Of a DNA stretch of 64,000 bases, positions 1 to 12,860 are shown piece by piece (position 1 is the stretch's first letter; each line of letters starts with the position of its first letter). Source of the stretch: Marsupella aquatica (lineage: Eukaryota > Plantae > Marchantiophyta); assembly GCA_973895155.1 (NCBI GenBank), contig OZ316899.1, forward strand, positions 3,307,455 through 3,371,454, written 5' to 3'. The notes under the pieces are model-generated. The model was not told the DNA's origin. It saw only the letters and a list, made by a program, of their open reading frames with translations, and made no database searches. The translations under genes were made by a program, and so were the position numbers.

Positions 1-81
1 GCTCCTCCACAAATATCGCAACGATCACGATTTCATTATTGACCTTTCAAGAGGCGTCATGGGGATGATCCGAATGAATGG

Positions 82-1338
82 TTGGATGAGTTTGAAGCCA
101 CTGCTAAAGCTAATGGGGAAGATGCCATTAAGCTAACCATCCTCCCAGGAGTGATGCGGGGAGAAGCTCGTCCATGGTACAACTCGTTGCCAGCCGGGAC
201 TACATGGGCACAATTCCAAGCTGCATTGCTGCAGGAGTTTCGTGCCATTGGATCGGAACAGCGTTCTCTATTAAAGATTGGCCAGCTTTGCATGGGAAAG
301 AAGGAGTCCCTGCGGAAGTTCATTCAAAAGTTTCAGAAACTTGCGGCCAAGATTCGGCCCAGGCCGGGAGACGCGCTCCAGCTTACATGGTTCCTTCATG
401 GTTTGCCCACGAATATGCAATTCTGGGTATGCCAGAATAATCCGATTTCAATGCAGGCGGACATAGCGTGCGCCGAAACTTACCGGGAGTCCATCTATAA
501 CTCCCGGCAGAGCCAGCGAGCACGCCGCAAGAAGGGTAAGTACGAGACCTTCAGTGACAGTGACTCCGAATCGGACGATGAGAGGAAGAAGAAACGCAAG
601 AAGAAAAAGAAACATCGTTCGACCTCGTCCAGCTCGGAGACGGAATCCAGTTCGGATTCAGCTTCAAGCACCGGATCCTCTACCTCCAGTTCATCAGGAA
701 GTGACTCGGTGAGCGAAAGCCGGAGCAAAAAGAAGAAGAGACGAGTGAAGAAGGAGGGGAAGATCAAACCCGGGGCGCAAAGAACGATACCAGATCCAAA
801 GGTTGCCGAAGCAGACAAGCTGAACGAAATCACGGATCGACTCAAAGCACTGTCAGTACATCTTGCGGAAAAGCCGGTGGAGAAGAAGAAGCCATCTGAG
901 ATTTGAGCCCATGCGTGGTGTTCAAAGTGCTTCCAATCCGGCCATGTGGTGCAGGAATGTCCAAGGTGGAAGAATCGAGTTCACCAAGTAGAGCTGGATG
1001 ATGTTGACAACCCGGGTCCCGAATCGGAGTCCACGGAGTATTTCTTTGAGGACCCTCCTGATTCCGTGTACCAGATTTCAACAGTAGGCCCGCGTAATTT
1101 AGCGGGTAGAACTGCGTACCCCTACCCAAATAGTGGCCGGAGTTTCCAGGTTATCAGTAACCCGAGCATCCCTCCTAAGCCAGGGATTTGGCGATCCCCG
1201 GTTTGTTATAACTGTGAAAAGCCAGGACACTTTGCAAGGGAATGCACCGAACCAAGACGTCAGGGAATGGCCGAGGCACCCCACTATGTCAAGTCTGCAA
1301 AACGGAGGCTCATTCCACGGCCAACTGTCCGTTGGTAA
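82..1338 (+). pseudogene. gag: gag with K/S-rich tract and CCHC zinc knuckles; in-frame TGA at 40-42 and 904-906
   Basis: EWLDEFE...GEARPWY...FIQKF gag motifs; knuckles CSKCFQSGHVVQEC and CYNCEKPGHFAREC; ORFs 82..906 and 946..1338 are in the same frame. Confidence 0.88.
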
Positions 1339-4300
1339 TCGCTGCTCGAACAAGCGCAGCTAGACCGGCCCAGGCTGGACCGGCCACGAGCGATGCAGTC
1401 GTCCAAATGATTGCTGTAGAATGGCAAGATGACAACACCGAGTGGGTGAATTTGGTGGACGTAGCAGAGCACCCTGATCCATTGGATGAGGCCGAGTGCT
1501 ACCGAGTGTCGACAAGGGCCGAACGGAAGGAAGAGAAGACGGAGGAGAAACGAAGGAAAAAGCAAGATACTACTCCGGTGCAACCAGCGATAGATATACC
1601 CCCGGAGAAGGACGATGACTACCGACGGGACGACCCAAAGCTATTTTTCCCCCACATCAAAGAATTGGTAAAGAAACAGCTGGAGGCCTACGAAGCTCGG
1701 GAATACCAGAAGGCAATCGATAAGGACATCAAAGCAGCCGAGACCGCCCGGCGCCAAGAGCAAGAGGAGCAAGAAAAGCAAGAGGAAGCCAAGCTGCAGC
1801 CGAAAGAGGATAAAAAGGAGAACTACAATATTAAGGAAGACGTGAAGAGTTGCCCGGTTACAACGACGGTGGGGCAACTGCTGCAGAACAACCCACAGTA
1901 CAGACGGCAACTAAGGGAGTTGCTCATGGGTCGCCGAAGGAGGAGACTACCCCGAGTTGGGATCGCGGACTGCAACATGATATGCGAGGACCTTGGAGCG
2001 CCGGACATCTCGATCGAAATTAATAATTGTACCATCAAGATGGTTCTTGTAGATGGAGGAGCAGGAGTCAACATCATGACTGAAGAAACGTCAGTCAAGT
2101 TAGGATACCTCACGTATCAACCCACAGCCCGAGCTATCAGATTAGCAAACGGGGCAAGGGTCCTCCCATTAGGCACGCTCACACGAGTGCTCACTCTGGT
2201 GGGAGGGGTGGAGTTCTATCTCAACTTCCTAGTGATGAGGCCGGTTCGTCCCTCCTCTTACCCGGTTCTTCTGGGCAGGCCATGGCTGTACGGTGGCCGC
2301 GTAGTCACGGATTGGGGAAAGAAGGAGCTACGGTTCGGGGAACCCACCGTACGGGTATCATGGGCAATGGACGATTATCAAGGAGAAACCCCACAAGGAC
2401 CCGAGGAATATGATTCGGAGACCTCGGAGGAAGAGGAACTCAATATGATTGAACTCATCTTGTCCCTGTCCGAGGAAGATGTCTTCGGAGTTGAAGCAAC
2501 CCGCGAAACACATCTCCTAAATTACCCGAGGGCTGCCATTGAGTCCACCCCAAGCACATCTACTACCGGGGATGAGGAAACGCACGAACAACTCGTTGAG
2601 ACGGAGGACGCGGCTCCAGCTAAGCAGGGAGCCGAGGCTGCTTCTACCGTTGCAGAGCCTCGTGACCACGAACCAGCCCAACAACCGCCCGAGGCCGAAA
2701 ACTCGAGACCGAGACATAAGAAACGAGTCTCATGGGATCCGTCCATTCCGCAATTGGAGGAAGTAACTCCAATCCCGAGACCAATCCCGGTTCCACCCAT
2801 GTACGGAGGAGTTCGGCTAGTTGAGCTTGATGCGAGCCTGGACCCGAGCCTGCGAAACCAGGTTGAAGTCATCAGGAAGGAGCACTACCGGAAGTACACC
2901 ATTGGGATGGACAAATCTTTTAACCTGGGCCACGCTCTGACAGGAGAGGCTGAAAAATCCATCCAAGCTTTGCTCAAGGAATATGAAGATGTGTTTGCAT
3001 GGAGTCATCATGATTTAACAGGCGTCTCCCCCGAGTTGGGAGAACACACGATCGATCTGAACCTAGGAGCCCATGCGGTACGGCAGCGACAACGTCGCAT
3101 GAACCCGAGGTACTCCATCTTAGTGAAGGAGGAAATTGATCGTCTCCTCGCCGCCGATATCATCTACCCGGTAATGGCCAGCAACTGGGTCTCTCCCATT
3201 GTCATTGTACCAAAGAAGGGAGGTACGGATGGGAAACCTAAGATTCGTATTTGTCAGGACTACCGTAAGCTGAACGACGCAACCCGAAAAGACCATTACC
3301 CATTACCATTCACGGATATGGTTCTAGATATGGTAGCCCGAAATGAAATCTATACATTTCTTGACGGGTATTCAGGTTATAACCAAATCTGGATTCGCCT
3401 CGCGGATCAGCTCAAAACAACTTTTACTATGGAATGGGGGACTTTCGCATTTCGGAGGATGCCTTTCGGTCTGTGTAACGCCCCGGCCATGTTTCAGCGC
3501 CTGATGATGAATATCTTCCACAATTTCCTACGGGAATTTCTGGAGATATTTATCGATGACTTTGCCATCTTCGGAACCGTTGCCATGCACCCCGAACACC
3601 TAAGACAAACGTTGCAACGATGCCGAGATGTTAACCTCAAACTACATCCCGCCAAATGCTTCTTTGGGGTAGAGGAAGGGGTGTTACTCGGGCATCGTGT
3701 GTCCAAACGGGGCATTGAGGTGGACCAAGAGAAAGTTGCGGCCTGGATGGCAGTGGTGTTCCCCGTGGATCAAAAAGCAGTACGATCCTTCTTGGGCTGC
3801 GTAGGGTATTACCGTCGGTTCATTAAAGATTTTGCTAAAATAGCTTTGCCCCTAACAGAGATGATGAAAAAGGATGCGGTGATCGAGGAGACCCCAAGGA
3901 GACGGGTTGCTTTCGAAGAACTCCGTAAAAGACTCACCACCGCACCTATCATGGTCACTCCAGACTGGAACAAGGAGTTCCACGTGTATGTTGACGTGTC
4001 AGGGTTCTGTATCGGGTCTGTGCTTAGTCAGCTTGATACAGACGGACGCGATCACCCCATCTACTTCGCTAGCCGTCAATTATTCACAGCCGAAAAAAAT
4101 TATTCCCCCACGGATCGAGAGGCACTGGGCATAATCTACTCATGTAAGAAGTTCCGGCACTATCTGCTCGGCTACAAGGTCATCTTCCACATGGATCACG
4201 ATAGCCTGAAGTACATGGTCAACAAAGCAGACGTAACGGGACGGATAGCCCGTTGGGTGCTACTTCTCCAGGAATTTAACTACGAAGTTCGGGTTCGGCC

Positions 4301-4715
4301 AGGAAAGGCACACCTCAATGCCGACTTCTTTTCACGGCTGGACGGCGTACCAGTCGATCAGCCAATTGATGATATTTTTCCAGATGAGGAGTTGTTCCAT
4401 GTAGGGGAGGGGACACCAACGTGGTACGGCTCGATAATCACCTTCCTTTTAACAGGCCGCATCCCTGACGGCATCAATCAGGAGGCCGCCGCTGTGTTTT
4501 TATGGAAAGCCGGGCCTTACGTCATGATACAGGGTCACCTACATAAGGAAGGTATTAATGGAAAGTTACGACGCTGCTTAGAGTATAAGGAGACGCTTAT
4601 CGTGATGCGGGCCCTGCATGAAGAAGAAGCTGGAGGCCATTTTGCGGCGGTCACGACAGCCCAAAAGATTCTGGACTCGGGGTATTGGTGGCCTACGTTG
4701 CATCGAGATGTATAG
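1242..4715 (+). pseudogene. pol: pol: third zinc knuckle, aspartic protease, reverse transcriptase, RNase H, integrase zinc finger
   Basis: LVDGGAGVNIM (PR); FLDGYSGYNQI, RMPFGLCNAP and FIDD (RT); YVDVSG, EAL..I and DHDSLKY (RH); HEEEAGGHF and YWWPTLHRD (INT-Zn). Confidence 0.97.
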
Positions 4716-4736
4716 CGCTTCATTAAGGGCTGTGAC

Positions 4737-5762
4737 TTGTGTCAGCGAGCTGGGGCCCCAAGGCGGGCTCATCATCACCCGCTCACATCTGTGCTTCCAT
4801 TGGCACCATTCGAAAAATGGGGAATTGATTATATCGGGCCGTTTACTCCCGTTACCCGAAGGCGAAGATGCAGGTACATCCTATTAGCTATTGATTACTC
4901 CACCAAATGGGTTGAAGCGCGGGCTACGGTAAAGGACGATGCCGCAACCAGTGCCAGATTCTTATACGAACAGATTTTCACCCGATTCGGCCCGCCCTTA
5001 GAATTGGTAAGCGACCGTGGAACCCACTTCCTCAATGATACCGTAGCCCAGCTTACGGAGCATTACCTAGTCAAGCACCGCAAGACTACCCCGTATCATC
5101 CTAAAGCCAACGGGATGGCGGAGAGAGCAAATGGTATCATTGGGAAGATCCTCAACAAAACTGTAGCTGCGCACAAAACGGATTGGGATGATAAGTTGTA
5201 CGCAGCGGTGTACTCGTATAATCTCGCTTACAAAACTACTACGAGTCACAGCCCGTACTTTCTCGTGTTTGGCCAACATTCGTTGGTGCCCGTCGAGTTT
5301 GAAGTACACACTCCACGAGTCAGCATTTGGGATCGCTTACCTGAATCTGAAAGTTCGTCAGACCGAGCTTATTAGATTGAAGCCTTGGAAGAAGCACGGC
5401 TACTAGCAGCTCGACACGCCGTGAAGAAACAGGCAACTTCGAAGAAGCAGCACGACAAAGGACTACGGAGGGTCGACATCGTGGCAGGCGATCTAGTCCT
5501 TCTGTACGATAGTAGGTACGTGCAGTTTCCAGGGAAGCTTCATACCCGGTGGTTAGGGCCCTTCCTTGTCAATCAGATCTACCGTAACGGATCTTTGGTG
5601 CTTGCGACGTATGCCGGCGATTTACTCCCCACGCGAATCAGCTACGATCGTGTAAAAAAGTACCACCATCAAGATGACGACGCCGAGAGTGATGTTTGCG
5701 AGGACGCTTCACAATTAAGCAGGGAGCTATGTGACGCCGCCGGTACGGTGGTTAATGAGTGA
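4737..5762 (+). pseudogene. pol: integrase core and C-terminus; in-frame TAG at 4713-4715 and 5373-5375
   Basis: FEKWGIDYIGP, SDRGTHF, YHPKANGMAERAN, GKLHTRWLGPF; same frame as 1242..4715. Confidence 0.95.
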
Positions 5763-6088
5763 TTCGGTCTAACTGCGCTCGGCACGCACGTTAGGAGTGT
5801 CTTAGGCCGCTATTATTAGCATAACGACAGTATTTAGGTAATCATTATGGGTAGGATATCATTAGGCAATAAGGGGGAATTCAGGTTCGGACTGGCGGCT
5901 GGTCGCTATTCGCACACCCGGGTTACGAGCGTGGAGGGGCCCCTCCCTCGGGTTCGTATAACGAACTTAAGGAAGCGGCCACTGACATGCGCTGACTCAG
6001 ACCGGCGGAGTGGTCGGCACACCACAAGCGTGAGCGGTTCAGCCTATGGGCGTCGAGGAGACGTCGGGGGATCGACAAGCCCTCAAGG

Positions 6089-6095
6089 TATAAAA
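6089..6095 (+). promoter_or_regulatory. TATA box upstream of the LTR-internal ORF
   Basis: TATAAAA about 100 bp upstream of the ATG at 6194. Confidence 0.5.
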
Positions 6096-6193
6096 GGGGA
6101 GCCAACCCTTTGTAGTGCACCAGTCCATCTGTCCACGCGCCAGCTTCCACCCTAGCTCTCTCGTTCGCTCTAAGTCGCCACTATCTCCTCTGA

Positions 6194-8763
6194 ATGTTGC
6201 ACACGATCCTCTCCAGCTCGGCCATTCGATTCTGGACGCAGTTCCTATCTACCGGAAGGCACTTGGCCGACTCATTGAAACACGCCAACCCGCGCCCATA
6301 CGAAATCGAACGCGAGTACGAGAGAGCCATCCACCTAGCAGGACGACACCACTACATCCTTAACTTTGACTACCCGTCTTAGAGCGAGCTTTATCGACCA
6401 GCAAAGGTATCCGGGTACTTCTTCAATGGAGACAAATATATCGGGTTCTGGGAAGCATTGCTTCGGCTTCCGGATGAGGTCTTCAATATCCCGGGTACGA
6501 TCGACTTGCAACGACATCACTTTGACCACATCCCTGCTCAGGTTCGGGCTATCATCAACAGCGAGTCCAGCACTACCCGTTCGACAAGGTCATCTGCACT
6601 CGCTTTGGAGAACTTCTACCAGCACCTACAGAGCTTCATAGGAACTCGGCCAGCAACCAACATGACCAACTCAGTCGTACCCGTACCCGTACCCATACAA
6701 CCTCAGGCTCAGCTTCAGCTTCAGCCTCAGCCGCAGCCTAGCCAAACCCCACCACCGATCGCCCAGCCAGCACAAGTACGCTCCGTCATCAACGCTGTGG
6801 ATCTTAGCGATGACGACGAGGCTACCCTACCCTTGACCAGGCGGCCTAGAGGAACAAGCGCTCAGGGGGCCGACACTATATTGTCCCCACCCCCTGCTCT
6901 GACCCCAGGAGCGGCCCCGACAAACAACATAGTGACCGTGGCCGCCCCGGGCCCGTTACTAACGGCAGCGGCACTACCCAGGCCCAATCGGGAGGATGGG
7001 GAGGTGTCACCTTCCCCGAGCCAGTCACGGGGGAAGAAGAGGAAGGAATCCGCCACTGCATCCGGGTTACCGTTGGCCACGGTAGCCGTGGCCAAGGTGA
7101 CGATGCACCGCATGGGGGAAAACGTTCACAAAAACATCCTCCATCCCAAGCATGCGGTGTACCTGAAGACTCAGGGATTCGAGCACCTCGCCTCCCTCCC
7201 CTGGAACACTTGCAGGTACTACGGGGAGGACATGACGGAGTTCGTCAGGAATTATGACGACGCGCGTCAACATACTCGGCTGCGGGGAAGGAGTATGTCC
7301 CTCACGGAAGAACGGCTCAGGATGATCTTCGGGTTACCCGAAGGTGACCATCGAGTCGAATCACGGGCTCCTGGGGGCAAGGGAGCCAAGTACCAATCTT
7401 CAAGTTTTCCCTCAGAGGGAGCAGTGGACAACGGGTTCGTGATGAAGACCTGCCTCATCCCCGAGATAGCTGAGCGACTGGAGTTCCAGAGGTACGCCCT
7501 CCACATGATGGAACCCCGGGGGGAGATCTCCGCCGCCCAGGTTATCCAGGTCGAGAACTATCAACCTAGGAGGTGGGCGTCGTACTTCGCTAAGAAATTC
7601 CATGAAGAGATGGAGCGGCGAAGGAAGACGTTGTACATTGGCGGGAAGGCGTATTTCGCTAGCCACATCGAGATCATTCTTGAGTGGTACGCCCGGTTTG
7701 ATCGATGAACCCTTCCCCGTGTCAACGTTACAAAGCTGGTCCCAGCTAGGTGGGTTTTCCCGGCCTTGGAGAGACGGCCCCAACCCGAGGCCCGAAGTCC
7801 AGCGGACACGCCAGCTTCACCCACCCCACCTCCACAAGTAGCTGTAGTCGTAACCATAGAGGTACTGGATGGGTCGGTTGTCGCAACCATTGATGCGACC
7901 CAACAAGCCGGGCTAGGTACAGAAGTCGGTACGACGGAGGTCTTACCCGAGCCAGGGTCTCCCAAAGACCCACCGGTGGCTATTCCGGAGAACCGGACAT
8001 TGCTGCAGGAGGACACTCCAGCCCCTTCCAACGTTACGTCCCCAGGGCTGGACGTCACTGCCCCGGCCCCCGCGCGTGTTGATGTCTGCCCGTGCCCAAC
8101 TCCGGACAGGCACAACCTGGACCACCCGGAACTCTTCGTACCGGGTACATTTCTGAACGGGCTTCTGGGAGATTTCTCTCATCAAATTGCCCGGGATACC
8201 GGGGAGTTCATGGCCCGGAAGGTAGCCTGTTTCTTCAATCAGGAGTTGGTTGCCACAGTAAAGGCAGGTCAGAGGCCCTTCAGAGAATAGAGCGATACCG
8301 GGTGGAGTCCGTGTACCTAAAGAACGAAGTTGCGGCTCAAGAGGCTGAGCTCCTGCAACTACGACCCAAGGTTGCAGCCGCCGATGAGTTGTTAGCAAAG
8401 GCGCACGCTCTTATCGCCCTAGCCGAACAGGCCAAAGCTGGGAATGAGGCCGAGATTACACGACTCCGGAACCAGATTGACAGTTTGAAGAATCAAACTG
8501 TCACCTGGCAGAAAGACCTGGAGGAGGCCGAGGAATGGGCCCAACGGGACACGGCGGAGATAGCCACGCTGCAGGCCGAGGTGGCGCGGCTCCAAACCGA
8601 GGCCGAGAAGCAGGACCAGCTGGCGGGTAAACTGACAAGTGACGCCCAGCAGCTGGAGGAGGCTTGTCAGGAGGCAGTAGAGGAGACGGACGCGGCGAGG
8701 CGAGAGAACAAATCTCTGCTGGACCAGGTCCAGCTCCTCAAGGCGGACAATGACAGGCTTTGA
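6194..8763 (+). pseudogene. retrotransposon extra ORF of about 850 aa: plant-mobile-domain/plant-transposon-protein-like domain, Pro-rich linker, coiled coil
   Basis: ORFs 6194..6382, 6458..7708 and 7766..8290 share one frame (stops TAG 6380, TGA 7706), with a frameshift near 8270 into the coiled-coil ORF ending at 8763; motif EFV...TR.RG....LT......FGLP.G. Confidence 0.75.
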
Positions 8764-9717
8764 AGGCAGCGGGATGGCCGCTCCCATTCGGGCGGCTCTG
8801 GCAAGCGTGCCAGGCATTAGCAGCGGAATAGGAATAGATTAGGATTAGGACTGGCTTAGTCAGGCTCTTGGGACAGGCACCTGCCTTAGGTACAGCAGCG
8901 CTGCCGTGCTGTCCAACCTGCGTAGATTAGGATCTTCTAATAAGACACAGTCGTTTTCCGGCCTGACTGTCAACTTAGTTAGGACCTTAGTCAGCGAATC
9001 TTCGGCGAGAGGACACCCCGTCCCTCGCCCCTTAATATTTAGTGCACCCCTCGGTAGAGGCAGGGGGGGTTTTTAGTTGCAGAGTTGGGCGTCCGCGGTA
9101 TGTGCGGGGAGTCCCGACCTCTGGGAATGAAAGAGTACCAAGGGGAGGGGGTAGGACTAAGCTCGCCGGGCGAGTGCGGAGCCGGGCTCCATTGTAGTGT
9201 GCACCCTCGGCCTTGAACCTGTTCATTCCGGGGCTGTCGGGTCAACTAAGTGTACGCATATGTTCCCTTTGTAGTAAAATCCTTTCCCATCATTTTCCTT
9301 CGTGTAAATCGAGATTGTATGCATGTGCGCGTGTATGTGTGTGGGTTTCTCGTATATGGGTGGCAGCGCCAGGCCGAACGCACTACCCGAGACGTGCACA
9401 GGGTGCAGCCTGCGGGTAAGTGGTTGCGAGCACGGGTTGAGGACCTGTATCATCAAATCCGGATCGAAGGCGGACAGCACGAAGGCTTAGAAGCCCTTAA
9501 GCCGGGGTCGATCCTGCTATCAACTAAGGTACGTTTCGGCGGCGGAACACAAACCATACCTAGGAGGTGTCCGTATTTAGCAGTATGCGCACTTAGCGCT
9601 AGTTTACGAGAATAAGGTGCATTACGTGCTTCCCTTCCTGCCCAAACCCTCAGATTTACGAGGGATGTGCCCGTCTAAGCTGAAGTTTGAGTTAAGGCCG
9701 CAGCCGATGACGTGACA

Positions 9718-12700
9718 GAGGATCATCATTTGTGTTTGGAATGGGAAGGACACCTTTAGGTTTCACTAGTAATGTGACTAACACTACTGAATAACCTGGG
9801 GGAATCCTCTTGCCATGGAACGTTGTGGAACCAACCTGCACTCTGCCAAATCCTACTTGTGTTCCACTCTCATCAATAGCTAACAAGCCACTTTGTCCCT
9901 CAGCATTAGGTGCTTTCCCCACTTCCACCTTAGATCTTTCTACCAGCACCATTCTGGGAGGTTTGTATGAAACCTTTGACGTGGCTCTGCTCCCACCAGC
10001 AGACTTGCTTCGTGTGCGCATGTTTCCTCTCTTCACAGTAGTGAAGCTAGGCTCAGTAGGTTCCTCTGTTAGGACTGTCACAGTAGCAGGTTCATCACCT
10101 GGGAGTGTCATACCAACTAACTCTTTGATTGGTTTTATCTCAACAAGAGGCACACCTGTCATTGAGAATGATATATTCTGCAAATAATTTATCTCTGCAA
10201 TGGAGTCAAGATCTACATAGCATGAATCTGGCTCAATGGTATCATTGTCATGCTTGTTGATATCCTCATTTGCCCCAACATTGATATCATCCACTCCCTT
10301 GCCAATGTCATCCTCATCCAAACATGGTTGACTGCCCTCTGTCAAACAAGTTGCTTGTACAGATTGCAACTTTGTTGCCTCTAAATTACAGCGAGTATTT
10401 GCCAGGTTCTCATACTTCTTCTCTGCAGCACCTGTCTTATTCTCTATGGACACAACAACCACAATATATGTTACTGAAAATAACACATTCAACAAACAAT
10501 GTCAATTCAAACTATACATTTACTAATCATATCCCACACAGTTGTAAAGGCCTTACCTTCAAGCCTACATGTCGTTGGCATGCCAGAAGAGTGCATCGAC
10601 TTTGCCATCTCAAGTGGTGATGGTGGAACTCCTGCAGAATTGGAATCAATTTTATCTCTCACCGACACAACAGCTTCCATTAATGTCTGAAGTTCACATG
10701 GAACAAGTCAGTCAATGAATTCAAACGTTCATTGATCTCTGGAAGACATGTTTTGACAGCCTTCAAACGACCACTTATCTCTGTAAGTGAAGATCCACCT
10801 CCCTACATGACACAGGGGTATAGGTTCAATCACTCCATATGAAATGTTGGGCAATATATGCACAATCAATGTTATATACAGTGTACACCTGAAATTCAAC
10901 GCAGGTCATTCAATTACCAATCAGAACTCATATAACTTACATGATTGGAGGATTCAGATGCACCCTCTTGAGCCCGGGTGTTCACAATTTCAGCCCTCAA
11001 CTCTTCTTTTGAAGGGCTTTGCCCCATTGGCTTTTTGCACATGCATGGCAAACACAAGTTATCATTATTATTCAGGGAACGTACACTAAAAAACAAAGTT
11101 TACATGTATGGGTTTACACTAAAAAACAGTACATAGTGTAGCATAAATTACATAGCTAGGCCATTGATTCTTACCAAACGTTTTGCTGTCGGTGTAGTGC
11201 CAGTCCTTCCTGTCAGATTAGGGTTCTGAACCCTCAACCTGGCCTTGGTCATCTGTGAACTCTTCTTTTTTGAAGCATCTGTTACAAAATAAGCTACTAA
11301 CCTTGCCCACACTTTATCATCACAACTGGCTGGTGGAGGCATATATGGCTTCTCCCCACCTTCCTTCCAAGCCTTATGCATTCTCCACCTCTCTTGCTTT
11401 ATGATTTTACCTGCTGTACTCTCTAGGCAACCTATGTCCATGCCATCATCACTGCCCACATAATTCCATTTGGCAGCAACATTTTCACATACAGTCTTCC
11501 AATCTTTTGGATGTTGTTTTTTAAAATTAATAACATTCACATCTAACCAACGCAATACTTCAGCTTTCAAATCAGCATGCCATTGGTTCTTACAAGGACA
11601 CTCAGCATCCACCCATTGTCTCTCATTCAACTTTACATTCCCTTTCTTTGTCATGTCCCCTCGTGCACTGCTCTCGGTAGTACTGGGCGTTGTATTGGCC
11701 ACCCCTTCATTCACCCTACCTGGGGTTCTGAAGCCACTTGGGAAAATACAATGCCATTCATGCTTGAGTGTGTGTGCAAACATATGTACTGAAAACTAAG
11801 TACAAACTATAGGAAAACATATGAACATTCACCAACATACCTGGCCCCCTTCTGTGCTGCATCTGCATAGGGGCATTAGTGAATACTTGAGTTGATGGTT
11901 TGACTGTCCAACCTGCACACATACATTTTCTATTATTATACATGTGCAGAATCCCCCCCACGTCAATGGACTCCACATATAATGAGTTCTTCCATTGCTG
12001 ACAAGATCAGACATTACCTGCCCCTCTTCCAGCATTTGTAGGTACTGTATTTTGAAATCCCTGCCAATTAGCTTCACCACCTTCCCAACCTTGTTCATTC
12101 CACGACCCACCACCATCCTCCCAACCTGGTTCAACCCATGTCTGTCCTTGTGGACATTGGAACTGATCATTACCAACATTTGCCCAATCAGGTTGGGCAG
12201 AATCTGCATGCAATGGCAGGTGGACAGAATTTCATGTTGTCTGAATCCAATACATCCCAAACAATGTCAAAAATTGATATGCAGTCTGAAATTCAGGAGT
12301 GCCATGCCTTCACAAATAACTGGCATATAGATATATACTCACATCTCCATGGTTGAGGTGGACGTCCATACCCACGAGATTGTGGGTTTGGACCTGCTCT
12401 GCCTCTACCACGGGCATAACCTAGAGCTTGCCCCCTGCCATAGTATTGGGCACCAGCCTGGGATCTACCACTACTACCACCTTGCCAACCTTGATCAGAG
12501 GTCAGCCCCCCTGCTGGTATGGTGCATGCACAGGCTTTGCAGGCAAAACAGAACTGGCAGGATGCTGCATCACATCACCAACTACAATGTCAGGAACTAA
12601 GCAAGGTACATAGGGTGTAGTACTGAACATATGAAACCTCCCAACAAGAGTTTTTAACTCTAAACCTTGTTGGGAAAACTACTTACCTGTTTCTTTTGGG

Positions 12701-12860
12701 GCTGCTCTGCAATGTATTCATCTTCATAACCCCCATCCTCATCCATTTCCTCTGGAAAATACTCATCATCTGCATCTTCTTGTCTAGTGTCTGCACCCAC
12801 TTGTGCAGCATCCATGTCATCTCCACATTCTGCCATTGTAGGTACGACCTTCTTGCTCAA
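9718..12860 (-). pseudogene. tnpA: CACTA (En/Spm) TnpA-like multi-exon gene, truncated by gypsy 1
   Basis: 11148..11783 has VWARLVAYF...KKSSQMTKAR...NLTGRTG (Ptta/En/Spm transposase-like); 9718..10495 has VGFGRV...FHGKRIPPGYSVVLV...LPIP (Tnp1/En/Spm C-terminal-like). The ORF is cut at NDDP by the LTR end. Confidence 0.8.

Larger units (their letters stand above)
1..9717 (+). mobile_element. Ty3/gypsy LTR retrotransposon 1 (non-chromovirus, Athila/Phygy-like), 5' end outside the window
   Basis: Domain order gag-PR-RT-RH-INT with no chromodomain and no extra RNase H; PPT-like AAGCAGGGAGCTA followed by TGTGACG at 5730; ends ...CGTGACA at 9717, where it abuts an interrupted CACTA ORF. Confidence 0.93.
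5730..9717 (+). repeat. putative 3' LTR of about 4 kb carrying an internal ORF
   Basis: Starts TGTGACG right after a PPT ending in CTA, the same CTA|TGTG junction seen in gypsy 2 and gypsy 3; ends CGTGACA (6/7 inverted match). Confidence 0.7.

Noticed and set aside
904-906. Stop-codon readthrough or U-to-C RNA editing repairing the stops
   Set aside because: The stops are scattered and not shared between homologous elements; plant U-to-C editing is organellar; methyl-C deamination explains them.
1255-1275. Programmed -1 frameshift between gag and pol
   Set aside because: Gypsy 2 is in frame across this point and shifts elsewhere (near 19075), and gypsy 5 is in frame through both downstream knuckles, so these are decay indels.
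1284-5309. Numerous antisense and alternate-frame ORFs over gag-pol
   Set aside because: They are shadows of the coding strand, with no independent motifs and no conservation between the homologous elements.
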